Of a stretch of 64,000 nucleotides of DNA, positions 28,879 to 41,734 are shown piece by piece. The number at the start of each line of letters is the position of its first letter. Position 1 is the stretch's first letter. The position numbers were made by a program, and so were the translations under genes. The stretch lies in assembly GCA_964016885.1 (NCBI GenBank), contig CAXHJY010000753.1, forward strand, positions 62,001 through 126,000. Reading direction: 5' to 3'. The notes under the pieces were generated by a model, which was given only the letters and a program-made list of their open reading frames with translations, made no database searches and was not told the DNA's origin. This DNA comes from Eledone cirrhosa. Lineage: Eukaryota.

Positions 28879-29234
28879 GATCAATAAAATGAATGAGATG
28901 GTGAGAGATAGGAAAGAAAGAAATATATTTAGTGTTTAGTGTTTATAAGATTCATATTAACAAAAAAATAAATGTAACCAGAGTTTATTTCAACGTTGTA
29001 TTGCTCACGCTGACAATTCCTGTTATATGTATAACTATATGATCTAATGAAATGTTCTTTAAATGTGGTTGTATTTTTTATTCTTATTTCAAATTTAATT
29101 GAATGTTTTTTTATCAACATTTAGTCGTTTAAAAATAGTTTATATATCGCACTTACAAATATGTTGATGTATTGACAAAAGAAAAATGTTTTCCTTGTAC
29201 GACTAGGTGTGTTTGCTTGACTGTGTGTATCTGT

Positions 29235-29325
<91 letters not shown>

Positions 29326-29628
29326 CGTGTGCGTGTGCGTGTGCGTGTGCGTGTGTATGTGTGTGTGTGCGCGTGTGTGTGTGTGTGTTTGTGTTTGTAT
29401 GTGTGAAAAACAAGCTTTTCACGATTCTCGATTTGAAGTAGTTTTGTGTTATTTAAATAAATATTTAATCATAGTCAAATAGCTAAACCAAGTTAAACGT
29501 TACTACTAACAAAATGTATTGCCAAATATATACCTGAAAATACTCCAAATAGAGCACTGTGTATCTGTATTTTTCTGTGTATAATTGTATACATACGCAC
29601 CCACAAACACAGAGACAAACACCCATAC

Positions 29629-29689
<61 letters not shown>

Positions 29690-29692
<3 letters not shown>

Positions 29693-31189
29693 GTAACGTG
29701 GTTCAAGCCTCCCCACAATGCCGAGGTGGCAACACCTATCGGGAAAATCTTCTTTAGACTCCTCGAAAAACACTTCCCACCACAACACTGCTACCACAAC
29801 ATAATCAACAAAAACACTATCAAACTCACCTACAGCACCACACCCAACTTCGCACAAAACATAGCCTCCTCAATCAACAAGAAACTCAACCCCTATGGAA
29901 GAAACAACCTAGCCATTAGTGGAGAGCCAACCAGGAGGTGTAACTGCCCTGATATATCTACGTGCCCCCTCAATAACAGATGCCGAGAACGTAACGTAAT
30001 CTACCAATGGACCGTGAGGACGGAAACCTCTAACAAAGCCTATATAGGATTAACCGCTTGTGACTTTAAGACCCGGCTCTACCAACGCCGACATACGTTC
30101 CGAAACCCGGCCCGGCGAGATGCCACTACAATTTCGAGCCACATCTGGGACCTCCAAGATAATAACATAACATACAATCTTACTTGGAGCTTACTGTCCA
30201 GAGCTAACTCCTACACGGGAGGACGCCGTCAGTGTAACTTATACTCGGAGGAAACATTACAAATGCTGTTTACGAAGGACCAACTCCTAAACAAAAAAGA
30301 CAAATTTGTAACTGCATGCAAACACCGATTACGTAGGACTTACCTCGCCCTCAAACCCCCTCCTGATCCGGGTGGGTAGATAATGGCTGCAACATCCTCC
30401 TTTTCCCCACTTGCCGAACAAGATAGGGGAAACCCCAGCTAACATAGGTAGATGTACTTCTTTTCTTTTTCTTTTTCTTTTCTTCTTCCCTTTATCTCTT
30501 CCTATCACTTGATTCCACTCCCTACCCTCTTCCTTTTCCTTTTTCCCCTTTCGCCTACCACGATGCAGTCTATCGGGCTTTTGTAGCCTCAGCACCCTCA
30601 CCCCAGTAAATTATATAGCATTGGCCGAAAACACATTACCAACTAATTATACCAGCTGTTTTAGACTCTACAGATTTTTTTATTAATTTTTACTATCCAA
30701 TTTTATAATTTTTTATTTATTTTGTATCTTCTAATCTCATTTTATTAACCTATTCTATAACGTCCCCTCTCTATTTTCTCCAGAATCCTTTTTCGCCTGC
30801 TTCCTATCTAGCCTAATGTCATACACACTCCTTAGAATGTGCTGTATAGAATTCACTTTCAACGCTTGACCGGATCCACCCACTCCCTCATTGTTCTACA
30901 GGCAAGTCCAGCCACCCCCACCGCCCACCGACTGCCATGAAAGATTTAATGGTGTTTACAAGAAATTCTGACAACTACAATCTTCCCATATAAGGAATTA
31001 CCCCTTGAAAAGTTCGGCTATTTATTTACCACGCTAAAAATTCTAATTCTTTAGTCCAGAAATAGCCGTCGAAACGGCTTGAGCTCTGCCGTCGGGGTTA
31101 AACATTTTCCTATTAACCACTCTACTACCTTAAGTATTGAGTACTCTGGTGCGTTATGGTCCATCTGGTTCCTTACCACACCTCCTTCG

Positions 31190-31191
<2 letters not shown>
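29690..31191 (+). mobile_element. 5'-truncated Hydra-type PLE (GIY-YIG region 29690-30379, 3'UTR, family C pseudo-LTR)
   Basis: WFKPP..IGK.F..L.KHFP..YHNIINKNTIK.TYS..PN, CNCPDISTCPL..RC, IY..YIG, FKTR, WSL, CKHR. U3-A8 hammerhead-like motif at 31005-31083. TA-flanked. Confidence 0.88.
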
Positions 31192-31222
<31 letters not shown>

Positions 31223-31225
<3 letters not shown>

Positions 31226-32878
31226 ACCACAAACCCACAACCAACTGTCAAAAAATGTGGTCACTCTAATTGTGGAACCTGCACTCACCTCATTGAAGGC
31301 AACATATATATGCATTTATATACATTTAAATCAGGACAAAATTTTGCTGTAAAAAAATCACTTCGCTTGCTCATCAAAAAATCGAATTTATGCCATTAAA
31401 TGTAAAGGATGCAATGAAGATTATATAGGACAAACTAAACTCACACTCAGAAATAGAATGACAGTTCATCGCCAACAATTACGAGATCCAACGACGAGAC
31501 AGATACCACTAAGCGCACATCTAGACATTTGCGCAAGTAATAAGACACCCAAATTCCAAGTCTTCCCATTTTACCTTTGCGCTAACAATACAACAGAACA
31601 AATACGAATAAATAAGGAAAATATGTTCATTCAAAAATCATTTTCCTACACACACATACAAAATATATATTCTCTTCATCTTAACATGCTAACCATACAC
31701 CCATACACACATAACACCCGTACACACACACATAACACCCCACCCCACCCCCACCCCACCCCATACACACACACAACTCCCTCCCCCATTTCTACTAATA
31801 GAATCAACTTACTACACACACACACAATATATTATATTCTCTCCATCTTAACATACTCCCACACACACACACATAACACGCATATACACATACACAGAAC
31901 TCCTTCCCCCGTTTCTACCAATATAATCATCTTCCTATACACACACACACACAAACACACATATAAACATACATATGTCTACTTTCTTTATTTCAATAAA
32001 AAATCTGAACTCTGACACCCCAGAGAACTAGCCATATTCACTGAACCAGAACAATTCTCCCATCCCATTTCTCTTGACCATTCTTTTGCTTGTCATAAAA
32101 TTCTCTAAAAGGCTACAAAATAAATTCCAAAATACGGGCGTGAAATTTAATGAACTTGCTCAGGTGACAGTCATAATTTCATTTATAACCAATCAAATTG
32201 GATTTTTTTTTAAAAAGCCTTCGAGAGCCACTTCTTTTATTGTCATAAAATTCTCTAAAAGGCTACAAAATAAATTCCCAAATACGGGCCCGAAATTTAA
32301 TGAACTAGTTCACGTGACAGCCATAATTTCATTTATAACCAATCAAATTACATTTTTTTTTTTTAAAGCCTTCGTGAGCTACTTTTTTTATTGTCATAAA
32401 ATTCTCTAAAAGGCTACAAAATAAATTCCCAAATGCGGGCGCGAAATTTAATGAACTTGTTCACGTGACAGCGTAATTTCCTTTATAACCAATCAAATTA
32501 CAGTTTTAAAAAAAAAAGCCTTCGTGAGCCTCTTTTTTAAAGTAAAAAGAAATTTAAACACTCATATATGAAAAAACACCCCCTCCCCCTTGTTTAAAGA
32601 ACTTTGTAACGCGAACTGGCGCGAAATTTATTATACTTATTGACCAACCAATCAAATTACTTCTCTAAAAACCTGGCGTTTCGAGCCACTTTTTTCCATA
32701 TAAAACAAGAAACATTCAAAGACCAACCAGATATGAGAAAAACCACCGACCCTCCATCTCAACTCTACTTTTGAAAAGAAGACGAACTGCGAAACCGGTT
32801 AAGGAACCAAATAAATATATTTTTTTTTTTTTAAATAATACTCCAGTTGCATTTTCGATTTCATCTTTTTTTCTTTAT
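31223..32878 (+). mobile_element. 5'-truncated Neptune-type PLE (GIY-YIG 31250-31640, 3'UTR, family D pseudo-LTR)
   Basis: KCGHSNCGTC linker, CSSKN.IY.IKCKGC..YIGQT..L.NR..VH..H (CCHH), KE..FI. Hammerhead-like TTGAAAA..GAAACCGGTT at 32768-32803. TA-flanked. Confidence 0.85.
32080..32535 (+). repeat. Three tandem ~150-bp units (plus a partial fourth) in the Neptune 3'UTR
   Basis: TTGTCATAAAATTCTCTAAAAGGCTACAAAATAAATTCC at ~32090, 32240 and 32391. Each unit contains CCAATCA. Confidence 0.9.
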
Positions 32879-32898
32879 ATATATATTTAGAGAGAGAG

Positions 32899-33710
32899 AG
32901 AAAAGATGAATATAAAATGAAAGTGCTTTTATAAAGGAATTTATTAGGTATTGACATATGTTTCTGTAACAGACGGAATACCTATGTATCGCTGCTTGCG
33001 TAATCATATAATTGTCTCTACTTTAGGCACAAGGCCAGAAATTACCCAGTGCATTACTGGTTAGCAAGTATTCGATAGCAAATGTATAATCAGTTGTCAC
33101 TTCTTCAGAAATATTGGATAAATTGGAAAAAAATCAGGAAAATCAAAGTATTTATATTAGTTGTAAGAAAGGAAGAAGAGAAGGGATAGTATATGACAGA
33201 TATATATATATGTATTAATACTACTACACCAAACGACCAACCCTGTCCATTGTTCAATTGGTCAAATATAGATTAAAATAGGCACTCCCAAAAATTCTTA
33301 TTTAGATAAAATATACTCATTGTATTCTCATTAAAAACCTTTTATATACTTGTTTACCAGCAAATTGAATTGCCATCTGTCATATACTATCCCTTCTCTT
33401 ACAACTAATATAAATACTTTGATTTTTCTGATTTTTTCAAATTTATCCAATATCTCTGAAGAAGTGACAACTGATTATACATTTGCTATCGAATACTTGC
33501 TAACATTATATGATTACGCAAGCAGCGATACATAGGTATTCCGTCTGTTACAGAAACATATGTCAATACCTAATAAATTCCTTTATAAAGCACTTTCATT
33601 TTATATTCATCTTTTCTACATTTTCTCCGGAATATAATTTATACTCGTTGAGCAAACCTACACGTACGCTGTTCATCTCTATATTATCACTACATTATTG
33701 ATAACTTGAA

Positions 33711-33714
<4 letters not shown>
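32899..33714. mobile_element. Fold-back PLE pseudo-LTR with long-stem-II hammerhead (family J); left arm interrupted by SINE K fragment 33012-33060
   Basis: 32899-33201 is the reverse complement of 33375-33617. Tail runs to 33714. Confidence 0.8.
33451..33568 (+). ncRNA. Type-I hammerhead motif with ~75-nt stem II insertion
   Basis: TATCT-CTGAAGA-A-GTGACA..insert..TGTTAC-A-GAAA-CATATG-TC-AATA. Palindromic ACATATGT, GUC site. Confidence 0.65.
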
Positions 33715-33758
<44 letters not shown>

Positions 33759-33795
33759 TTCAAGTTATCAATAATGTAGTGATAATATAGAGATG

Positions 33796-33963
33796 GGGAA
33801 TAACCACAGTAAGTAAGGTACTCAATTCATAGCTGAGTATAAATATGTAATGTAGATATGGCTTCTACATGACTAGAACTATTCCAAGGAAATCAGCAGA
33901 AAATCTTTCCTGGTGATGTCCTTAGAATGAAACAGTTCTAGTCCTGTAGAAGCCATTTCTATA
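33796..33963 (-). mobile_element. Short degenerate fold-back element (family F) with tail
   Basis: Arms 33852-33885 and 33927-33962. GAAACAGTTCTAGTCCTGTAGAAG is shared with 44915-45027 and 58457-59108. Tail matches 59041-59087. Confidence 0.7.
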
Positions 33964-33968
33964 TCAAA

Positions 33969-34042
<74 letters not shown>

Positions 34043-34314
34043 GATAAATCTACCAAAATGTACGGTAGTGTCCAATCCGTATGAAGAACTCAATGTAATC
34101 CAAATATCATGAAAAGAGAAGAAGTATTCAAAATTTTTTCGATGAAAAACACAAGAAAACAGAGTCAAGATAAGTATGTATGTATATCATATTGATCTAT
34201 GTATGTATATCATATTGATCTATGTAAAATTTTTACAAACTATCAGAGGGAATATACATACCTACCCATATCATCATCCCGCGTTCAATTGGGAATAACC
34301 CTGACTATTATAGT

Positions 34315-35730
34315 CTCGATATTACATTTGAAAACACAAGTAAAGTAGTTAATTTCCTTGATATAACATTAGACTTATCTACGGGTATCTACCAACCTTA
34401 CCATAAACCTAACCAAAACTTACATTACATACACTCACAATCTAATCACCCTAAATATATCCTTAAAAACCTAGCATATAATATCTCACTCAGAATTTCT
34501 AACCTTTCATCTAACCAGGATGTATTCGATAAAAATGCGACCTTTTATAATGAAACTTTAACTAGAAGCGGCCACAAAAACAAATTAGTATATATACCTT
34601 GTACCAATAACACTACAAACATACAACCTAATATTACCAACAAACACCAAATGAAATATACACACCTAAATGCTACTCACACTATACCCAAAAATACCAA
34701 CTTAAAATTTAATTTCTCTAACTCTTCTAATATACAATATAATAACTTTCAAAAAACCATTCATCCTAATATTCCAATATATGTTAATAACAAAATTCTT
34801 AATAATCAGGCTAAAACACCTAAATCAATGAATCTAACTAAAAATATGTGTAATAAAATCACTAATACTAATTCTCTTAATAAACATCAGGATACATCGT
34901 ATAAAAATAAAAAACAACATCGAAACCGTAATAGACGAGTTACTCGGTATAATGCTCCATTTAATCTACAAATTAAAGATAATATACCTAAAAAAATGTT
35001 TACTATCCTAGAGAAAAACTTCCCGCCAAACCATAAATACCATCAAATTTTAAATAGATCAACGGTCAAATTCTCCTACTCAACAACCAAAAATATACAA
35101 CAAAATATAAGTGCCTATAATGCATATAAATGTAAAAAAAAAAACATGAATATAGATATATATCAAACTAACCATAATACATCAAACTAACCATAATACT
35201 AAAATAAACCACAGCAAACCACCATCTCATTCACATACAACAAGTCGAGAAAATTTCACACCTAATTTCACTATCTCCTCTGATACAACATTCACGAAAG
35301 GTTGTAACTGTAGAAACAAAGCAAATTGCCCATTAAAAGGAAATTGCCTTATTAATAACATAGTATATAAATGTAAAATTAACACTAAGGACTCAACTTA
35401 TTCATATATAGGAGCTACTTCTAAACAATTTAAAGTAAGATTTAATACCCACAAACACAGTTTTAAAAATGCCGCATTAGCTAATACAACATCCTTAGCT
35501 GAAATAATTAATAATTATAGAAAAAAGAATATCGATTATAACCTAACCTGGAGTGTGCTCAAAAGGGCCACCTCTTATCAAAATAATAGATATGAATGTA
35601 GATTATGTTCCCAGGAACTTTTTGAAATAATGAAATCTAAGGATATCCTATTAAATAAGCGACAAGAATTAATTATATCATGTAATCATAAAATTAGAAG
35701 AACTTTTAAATATTATAAACCTAATTAATA
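34315..35730 (+). pseudogene. Hydra-type PLE ORF remnant: RT C-terminus, Asn-rich linker, CxCx5C, GIY-YIG
   Basis: Frame open 34315-35190: VNFLDITLDL..YQPYHKPN..YIHSQSNHP..ISLRIS.LSS, then YNAPF..KNFPPNHKYHQILNRSTVKFSYS. After a frameshift: CNCRNKANCPLKGNC, VY..YIG, FKVR, CRLC..E, LNKRQE..CNH. Confidence 0.9.
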
Positions 35731-36529
35731 TACACTTTACAAATTATTATAACATTTTTTTTAAATTAGTTAATCTATAATTAATATTCTACTACTAATG
35801 AACTGCATAATTTTATTTCCCTTTTACAGCTATTTTTTCCTAAAATTTATACCAATAAGTATACATATAAACTATTTTAATTTCAGGTTATGAATCTATA
35901 TTCCTTATAATCTATATAAATTTGTTATTTCTCACTAATACATTTATCCCCCCCCCCCCAATTATTATTATTATTTTTTTCTTTTCCCTTCGTTTTTAAC
36001 AACATTCTTCAATTACATCTAACTCTTATTTATCATATCTATATGAATTAATATAAATTTATCAATATAAATATACCTATCAATTTAATTAATTTATTTT
36101 CTTTTTATAGATGTAAATTCCTTATGTTTTAAATAAGATTGATATTTTTCACTAACACATTTATCGTAACATTTTATTCTCCTTAGATTTTAACATTAGC
36201 ATTATTCTTTTATAACATCAAATTTTCGTGTACCTTTCACCAACTTGACCTATTTTCATCCCCAAAGTAATCTTTTCATTCAAAATACTCTTTCCATTCA
36301 AAACTGAAGTCTGCTTTCCTCTAACCCTAAATTAAATTTCCATTACTACTATTCTACCATCTTGACCACTTACTACCTTTCTATTGGTCAATTCAAAACC
36401 TGTTCCCAAAGTTTCCCTTCCGAGACAAGTCCGGACAGGGTATTTTTAGGAAGACTAGCCATTGCCCAATGCATGGCAGTCTCCCCATCTCCACGCCACC
36501 GATGTTGTTCAAGGGAAAGACTAAGATCA

Positions 36530-36640
36530 ATACAGCTTGGCACTAGTGACAGCTGAGTAAACTGGAGCAACGTAAAAGTAAAGTGTCTTGCTCAAGAACG
36601 CTACGCATCGATTGTGACTCCGACGATTTAACCACATAGC
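36530..36640 (-). mobile_element. Fragment of CORE-like tRNA SINE
   Basis: GGAGCAACGT..AAAGTGTCTTGCTCAAG is shared with 45165-45286 and 39780-39890. Confidence 0.6.
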
Positions 36641-36715
<75 letters not shown>

Positions 36716-36737
36716 CAGCAGTAGCAGCAGTAGCAGC

Positions 36738-36816
<79 letters not shown>

Positions 36817-37019
36817 CCTCTTTATGGGCAATGGGGGAAATTAAATATTTAACATAACAGTAACTAACAAATCACTTCGGATTTTGCACACATGTACGAC
36901 AGGAAAGTGTGTTAACAAAAATTACTTTGTCTGCAACAATGAATTATTTCCAGTTAGATATCAACAATCTTGATGTAAATATTTTGGTGTTTACAAGAGA
37001 AATAAAGGGAGAAAAAGAA

Positions 37020-37069
37020 TCAGAGAGAAAGAGAGAGAAAGTGTGTGGGTATGTGTATATGTGTGTATA

Positions 37070-37101
<32 letters not shown>

Positions 37102-37215
37102 TGTGTGTGTGAGAGAGAGGGAGAGAGAGAGAGAGAGAAATTGTGTATATGTGTGTGTGTGTGTGAAAGAGAGAGAAAAAAGAGAGAGAGAGAAAGAGAG
37201 AGAAACTGTGTGTAT

Positions 37216-37270
<55 letters not shown>

Positions 37271-37358
37271 TGTGTGTATATGTGTGTGTGAGAGAGAGAG
37301 AGAAAAGAGAGAGAAAGAAATAGAGAGAAAGAGAGAGAAACTGTGTGTATATGTGTGT

Positions 37359-37445
<87 letters not shown>

Positions 37446-37724
37446 AGAGAAAGAAAGTGTATGTGTGTGAGAAAGGGGGAGAGAAAGAGAGAGAAAGCGT
37501 ATGTATATGGGTGAGAGAGAGAGAGAAAGAGAGAATGTGCGTGTATATGTGTGTGAGTGAAAGTGAGAGAGAGAGAGAATGTGCGTGTATATGTGTGTGA
37601 GTGAGAGAGAGAGAGAGAGAGATATAGAGAGAGAGAGAACGTGCGTGTATATGTGTGTGAGTCAGAGAGAGAGAGAGAGCGAGAGAGAGAGAGAATGTGC
37701 GTGTATATATGTGTGAGTGAGTGA

Positions 37725-37789
<65 letters not shown>

Positions 37790-37799
37790 TGCGTGTATA

Positions 37800-37853
<54 letters not shown>

Positions 37854-37870
37854 TGCGTGTATATGTGTGT

Positions 37871-37905
<35 letters not shown>
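37020..37905. repeat. Higher-order compound repeat of TGTGCGTGTATATGTGTGTG + (GA)n units
   Basis: Directly visible recurring unit of variable length. Confidence 0.9.
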
Positions 37906-37909
<4 letters not shown>

Positions 37910-38328
37910 ACATTAAAAAAGAGGAAACAATAATAAAACAATGTTAGAAGATGCAATAGTTATTGAATTTGAGTTAATGTTATGTGAAGATGTGATGATT
38001 AAATTCAGTTACAATATATGTATTAAGAGCATACCGCATTGACAGACATAAATTCAGGGGTCAAATAGAATAATATGAAAAAGAAAAATAAAGACGGGAT
38101 TATCTGCTCAATACGTTTGGTGATATGTTTTCGTTCGTATGGGTAGTGGGTGGGTGGCTGGTTGTTTATTGTGTAGTTTTCCATGTCAGTTACTTCAAAA
38201 CGACTGTACAACTTATATATGTCTTTAATACATAAATCACAGCACATACTCTCGTAAATTAAACAGACACACACATACACACGCACACGCACACACACAC
38301 TCAAACACACATACACAAACACACATAC

Positions 38329-38882
<554 letters not shown>

Positions 38883-38884
38883 AA

Positions 38885-39052
38885 TTAGGATTGGTGCTCT
38901 GAAATAGCGATGTATACATGAATGTATGTATAGTATATTTGGCAATTTACCGTATGTCTAATTAAAAACATTTTGAAGACGTTGCTCTATCATTTTAAAG
39001 TAGTGGCTATGTCACTTACTTCTTTTTTCGGCAAAGGAAAGGAGAGAAGCTA
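38885..39052 (-). mobile_element. 3' fragment of family M element
   Basis: Reverse complement of 47108-47272. Confidence 0.75.
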
Positions 39053-39136
39053 TATATGTAAGCTATATATATATATATATATATATATGAAAAGATTCAG
39101 GACTCCGACGGCTGAGCTCCGGTCGTTTCGACAGCT

Positions 39137-39204
39137 AGTAGCTCAGATGGTAGAGCGCTCGCTTGGCATGGGAGAGGTATCGGACTCGTTGTCCGAGATC
39201 TCAA
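39137..39204 (+). pseudogene. tRNA-Ala-derived sequence lacking the 5' acceptor strand
   Basis: GTAGCTCAGATGGTAGAGCG-CTCGC-TTGGCAT-GGGAG-AGGTA-TCGGA-CTCGTTG-TCCGA-GATCTC. D, anticodon and T arms are recognisable and resemble invertebrate tRNA-Ala. Confidence 0.75.
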
Positions 39205-39285
39205 CATGAATGGACCTGTTATTTTTATCTAAAGATATTTTTTCCAATTCCAACCAGCCCTCAATCTATCTTATTTCTCATTCTT

Positions 39286-39321
39286 TCTTCTGATGAAGGA
39301 CTAGTGTCCGAAACGTTAAGA
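39286..39321 (+). ncRNA. Minimal type-I hammerhead ribozyme motif (family Q)
   Basis: TCTT-CTGATGA-A-GGAC TAGT GTCC-GAAA-CG-TT-AAGA. A degenerate relative lies at 8266-8298. Confidence 0.7.
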
Positions 39322-39405
39322 CCCTCTTCCTGCTATTTCAAGCGTTAATCTAATATATTCCTTCCATATGCTGTACCGATTGCGTTGTTGTTTCTGTTTA
39401 CCTTT

Positions 39406-39452
<47 letters not shown>

Positions 39453-39559
39453 GAGTTATCGTTTTATGTTGCTCTAGTTTAACGCTCATTGAGGACTGTC
39501 CGTGCATACAGTGGTTTTTGACTCAACAAAAGGGTTACTTCTAGAGGTCGATCGTAGAA

Positions 39560-39895
39560 TGATCCTTAAAGGATGTTGGACCTCCGTCGTTTCCAACGAC
39601 GAGTGCTTCGGTTCATTCAATGAACTGAGTTGCCTGATCAGGTAAATAAAACCTCGCTAATTATTCCACAGATGTGTGCACCTTTGATTTAGTTCTCTGG
39701 GAGATTTAGCGTGATATATTGTATGATAGGGTTGACCCCTTGAAGTATAGGTAAAACGCATTTTTATCTATACTTATAACTGGAGTAACGTAATATAAAG
39801 TGTCATGCCCAAAGACACAACTGGTCGACTGCTCCAGGAATCAAACACGACCTTACAATCGTGAGTTTAACACCCTTACCACTAAGTCACCTATG
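39560..39895 (-). mobile_element. Diverged CORE-like tRNA SINE
   Basis: Similar to 45165-45286 at the head. Degenerate A/B boxes on the minus strand. Confidence 0.55.
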
Positions 39896-40090
39896 TGTGC
39901 ATGCGTGTATATGTATATAATTGTGTATGCTTGCATATACATGTACGTACATATATATATATACATACACACATGATTGCATACAAACACACATACATGC
40001 ATACATACATACATACATACATACATACATACATACATACATACATACATACATACATACATACATACATACATACATACATACATACAT

Positions 40091-40760
40091 CCAGTATCCA
40101 AGATACACCTTTAGCTTCATACCCATCATTATTGGTGCTACGGGTTATATACCAACCCGCTTGGACCAAAGTATGACTGAACTTGGATTTGTGGACAAAA
40201 AGCGCAGCTCCCTAATTCATAGTCTACAAATGGCTGCGATAGCTGGCACCTTCAAAATTTGCAAAACATTCTTGCGATTCAAGGGATGACAATTTCTTTT
40301 CTTTTACAACCTTGCCACCAGGAAGGTGGCCGGTCAAAAAAATATACTCGAAATTAAGAGAAAGAGAAAACATACATACACACATACATACATACATACA
40401 TACATACATACATACATACATACATACATACATACATACATACATACATACAAAAAAATTACAAGTACAATCGATTAATGGAACAGTAAAAATATGTAAA
40501 ACATTCCAAACATTTTGCATCTAATAACTGCATATACACATGTACAGATACAAAGCATATACACATGCACACATACAACTCAAAACATACACATCCACAC
40601 ATACAATAGCATCCATATCTACACATGCAGACATGCATACATATTCTACCTAGTTAATGTTGTGTAAATTCCAATGAGAGAATCTTGTGTCTATGTTAGA
40701 ACCGACTCTCTCTCTCTCTATTGGTAAAACTTTGTGAAATTATAAAACCAGAAGAACATA
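40091..40760 (+). mobile_element. Two 3' fragments of RLE-type (R4/Dong-like) non-LTR elements, each bracketed by (CATA)n
   Basis: 40091-40289 reads YP.YTF.FIPIIIGATGYIP..L...LQ..AI.GT.KICKTF. 40452-40524 reads KKLQVQSINGTVKICKTF. Each is followed by a 3'UTR and CATA repeats. Confidence 0.7.
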
Positions 40761-40771
40761 TACATACATAC

Positions 40772-41000
40772 ATGACGGCTTCCCCCTCATTATCGTGTAT
40801 GGCCATTACACAATATAACATTATTAATAATTATTGTGCAATGCCTGTGAAGATTTTTTTTAAAGTGAGGAAAGACTGTGCACTGAGCCAATCCCACTCT
40901 CTGGGCAACAGTAGCTATAACTCGAAAAGAAGAAAAGATCAGCATCATCGGCAACTACTGAGCCACAGGTTTTATGTCGGAGTTATCCCAGTTTCCTGAG
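40772..41000 (-). mobile_element. Non-autonomous bipartite RTE derivative (5'UTR fused directly to 3' terminus)
   Basis: 40815-41000 is a close reverse-complement match to 357-555. 40772-40809 matches 4630-4666. (TATG)n tail. Confidence 0.85.
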
Positions 41001-41613
41001 TTCTATGTAAACACACACACACACATATATATATATATACACACATGATTGCATACAAACACACATACATGCCTACATACATACGTACATACATACATAA
41101 ATAAATAAATACATACATACATACATACATACATACATACATACATACATACATACATACATACATACATACATACATACATACATGTACGTGTGCACCA
41201 AAAAAACAAATTTGCAAATTCCCTACCCTATCATAAGACACGATATTTGGAATCTTTGAGCCGAGTTTGATTACATAATTTTAGATGTTCTACGTTGATA
41301 GAGAAATATTTGGTATTGGGCTGGAGCAACATTCGTGATTAGTTTCGTTAATCACTGCACACCTGTTGCTATATAATCATTACTGCAGCAAACTGAAAAT
41401 GGGCGAGTCAAAATCACTGAATATAATTATATATGGTATATGTATGGACCGGTAATTCTTAATGGAGTCGAAGTGGCACCATCTTGACATATTCTATAGC
41501 CGTTTATATCCAGAGGAGAGTGAGAGAGAAAAAGTGAGAAAAAGTTATAGTGGAAAAATCGTCCCCATTACGAGATATTTCACTTTTGTATATTGCTGTT
41601 GTCGTTGTTGTCG

Positions 41614-41648
<35 letters not shown>

Positions 41649-41734
41649 CGGCCATGAAAGGATGAAAGGCAAAGCTGTTCTCTGCGGGATTAGAACACGG
41701 AGTTCAAAATACCGGAATAAATAGAGAAAAGCAG

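Noticed and set aside
39137-39204. Functional tRNA-Ala(GGC) gene
   Set aside because: The 5' acceptor strand is missing, the anticodon stem has a mismatch and the T loop is altered.
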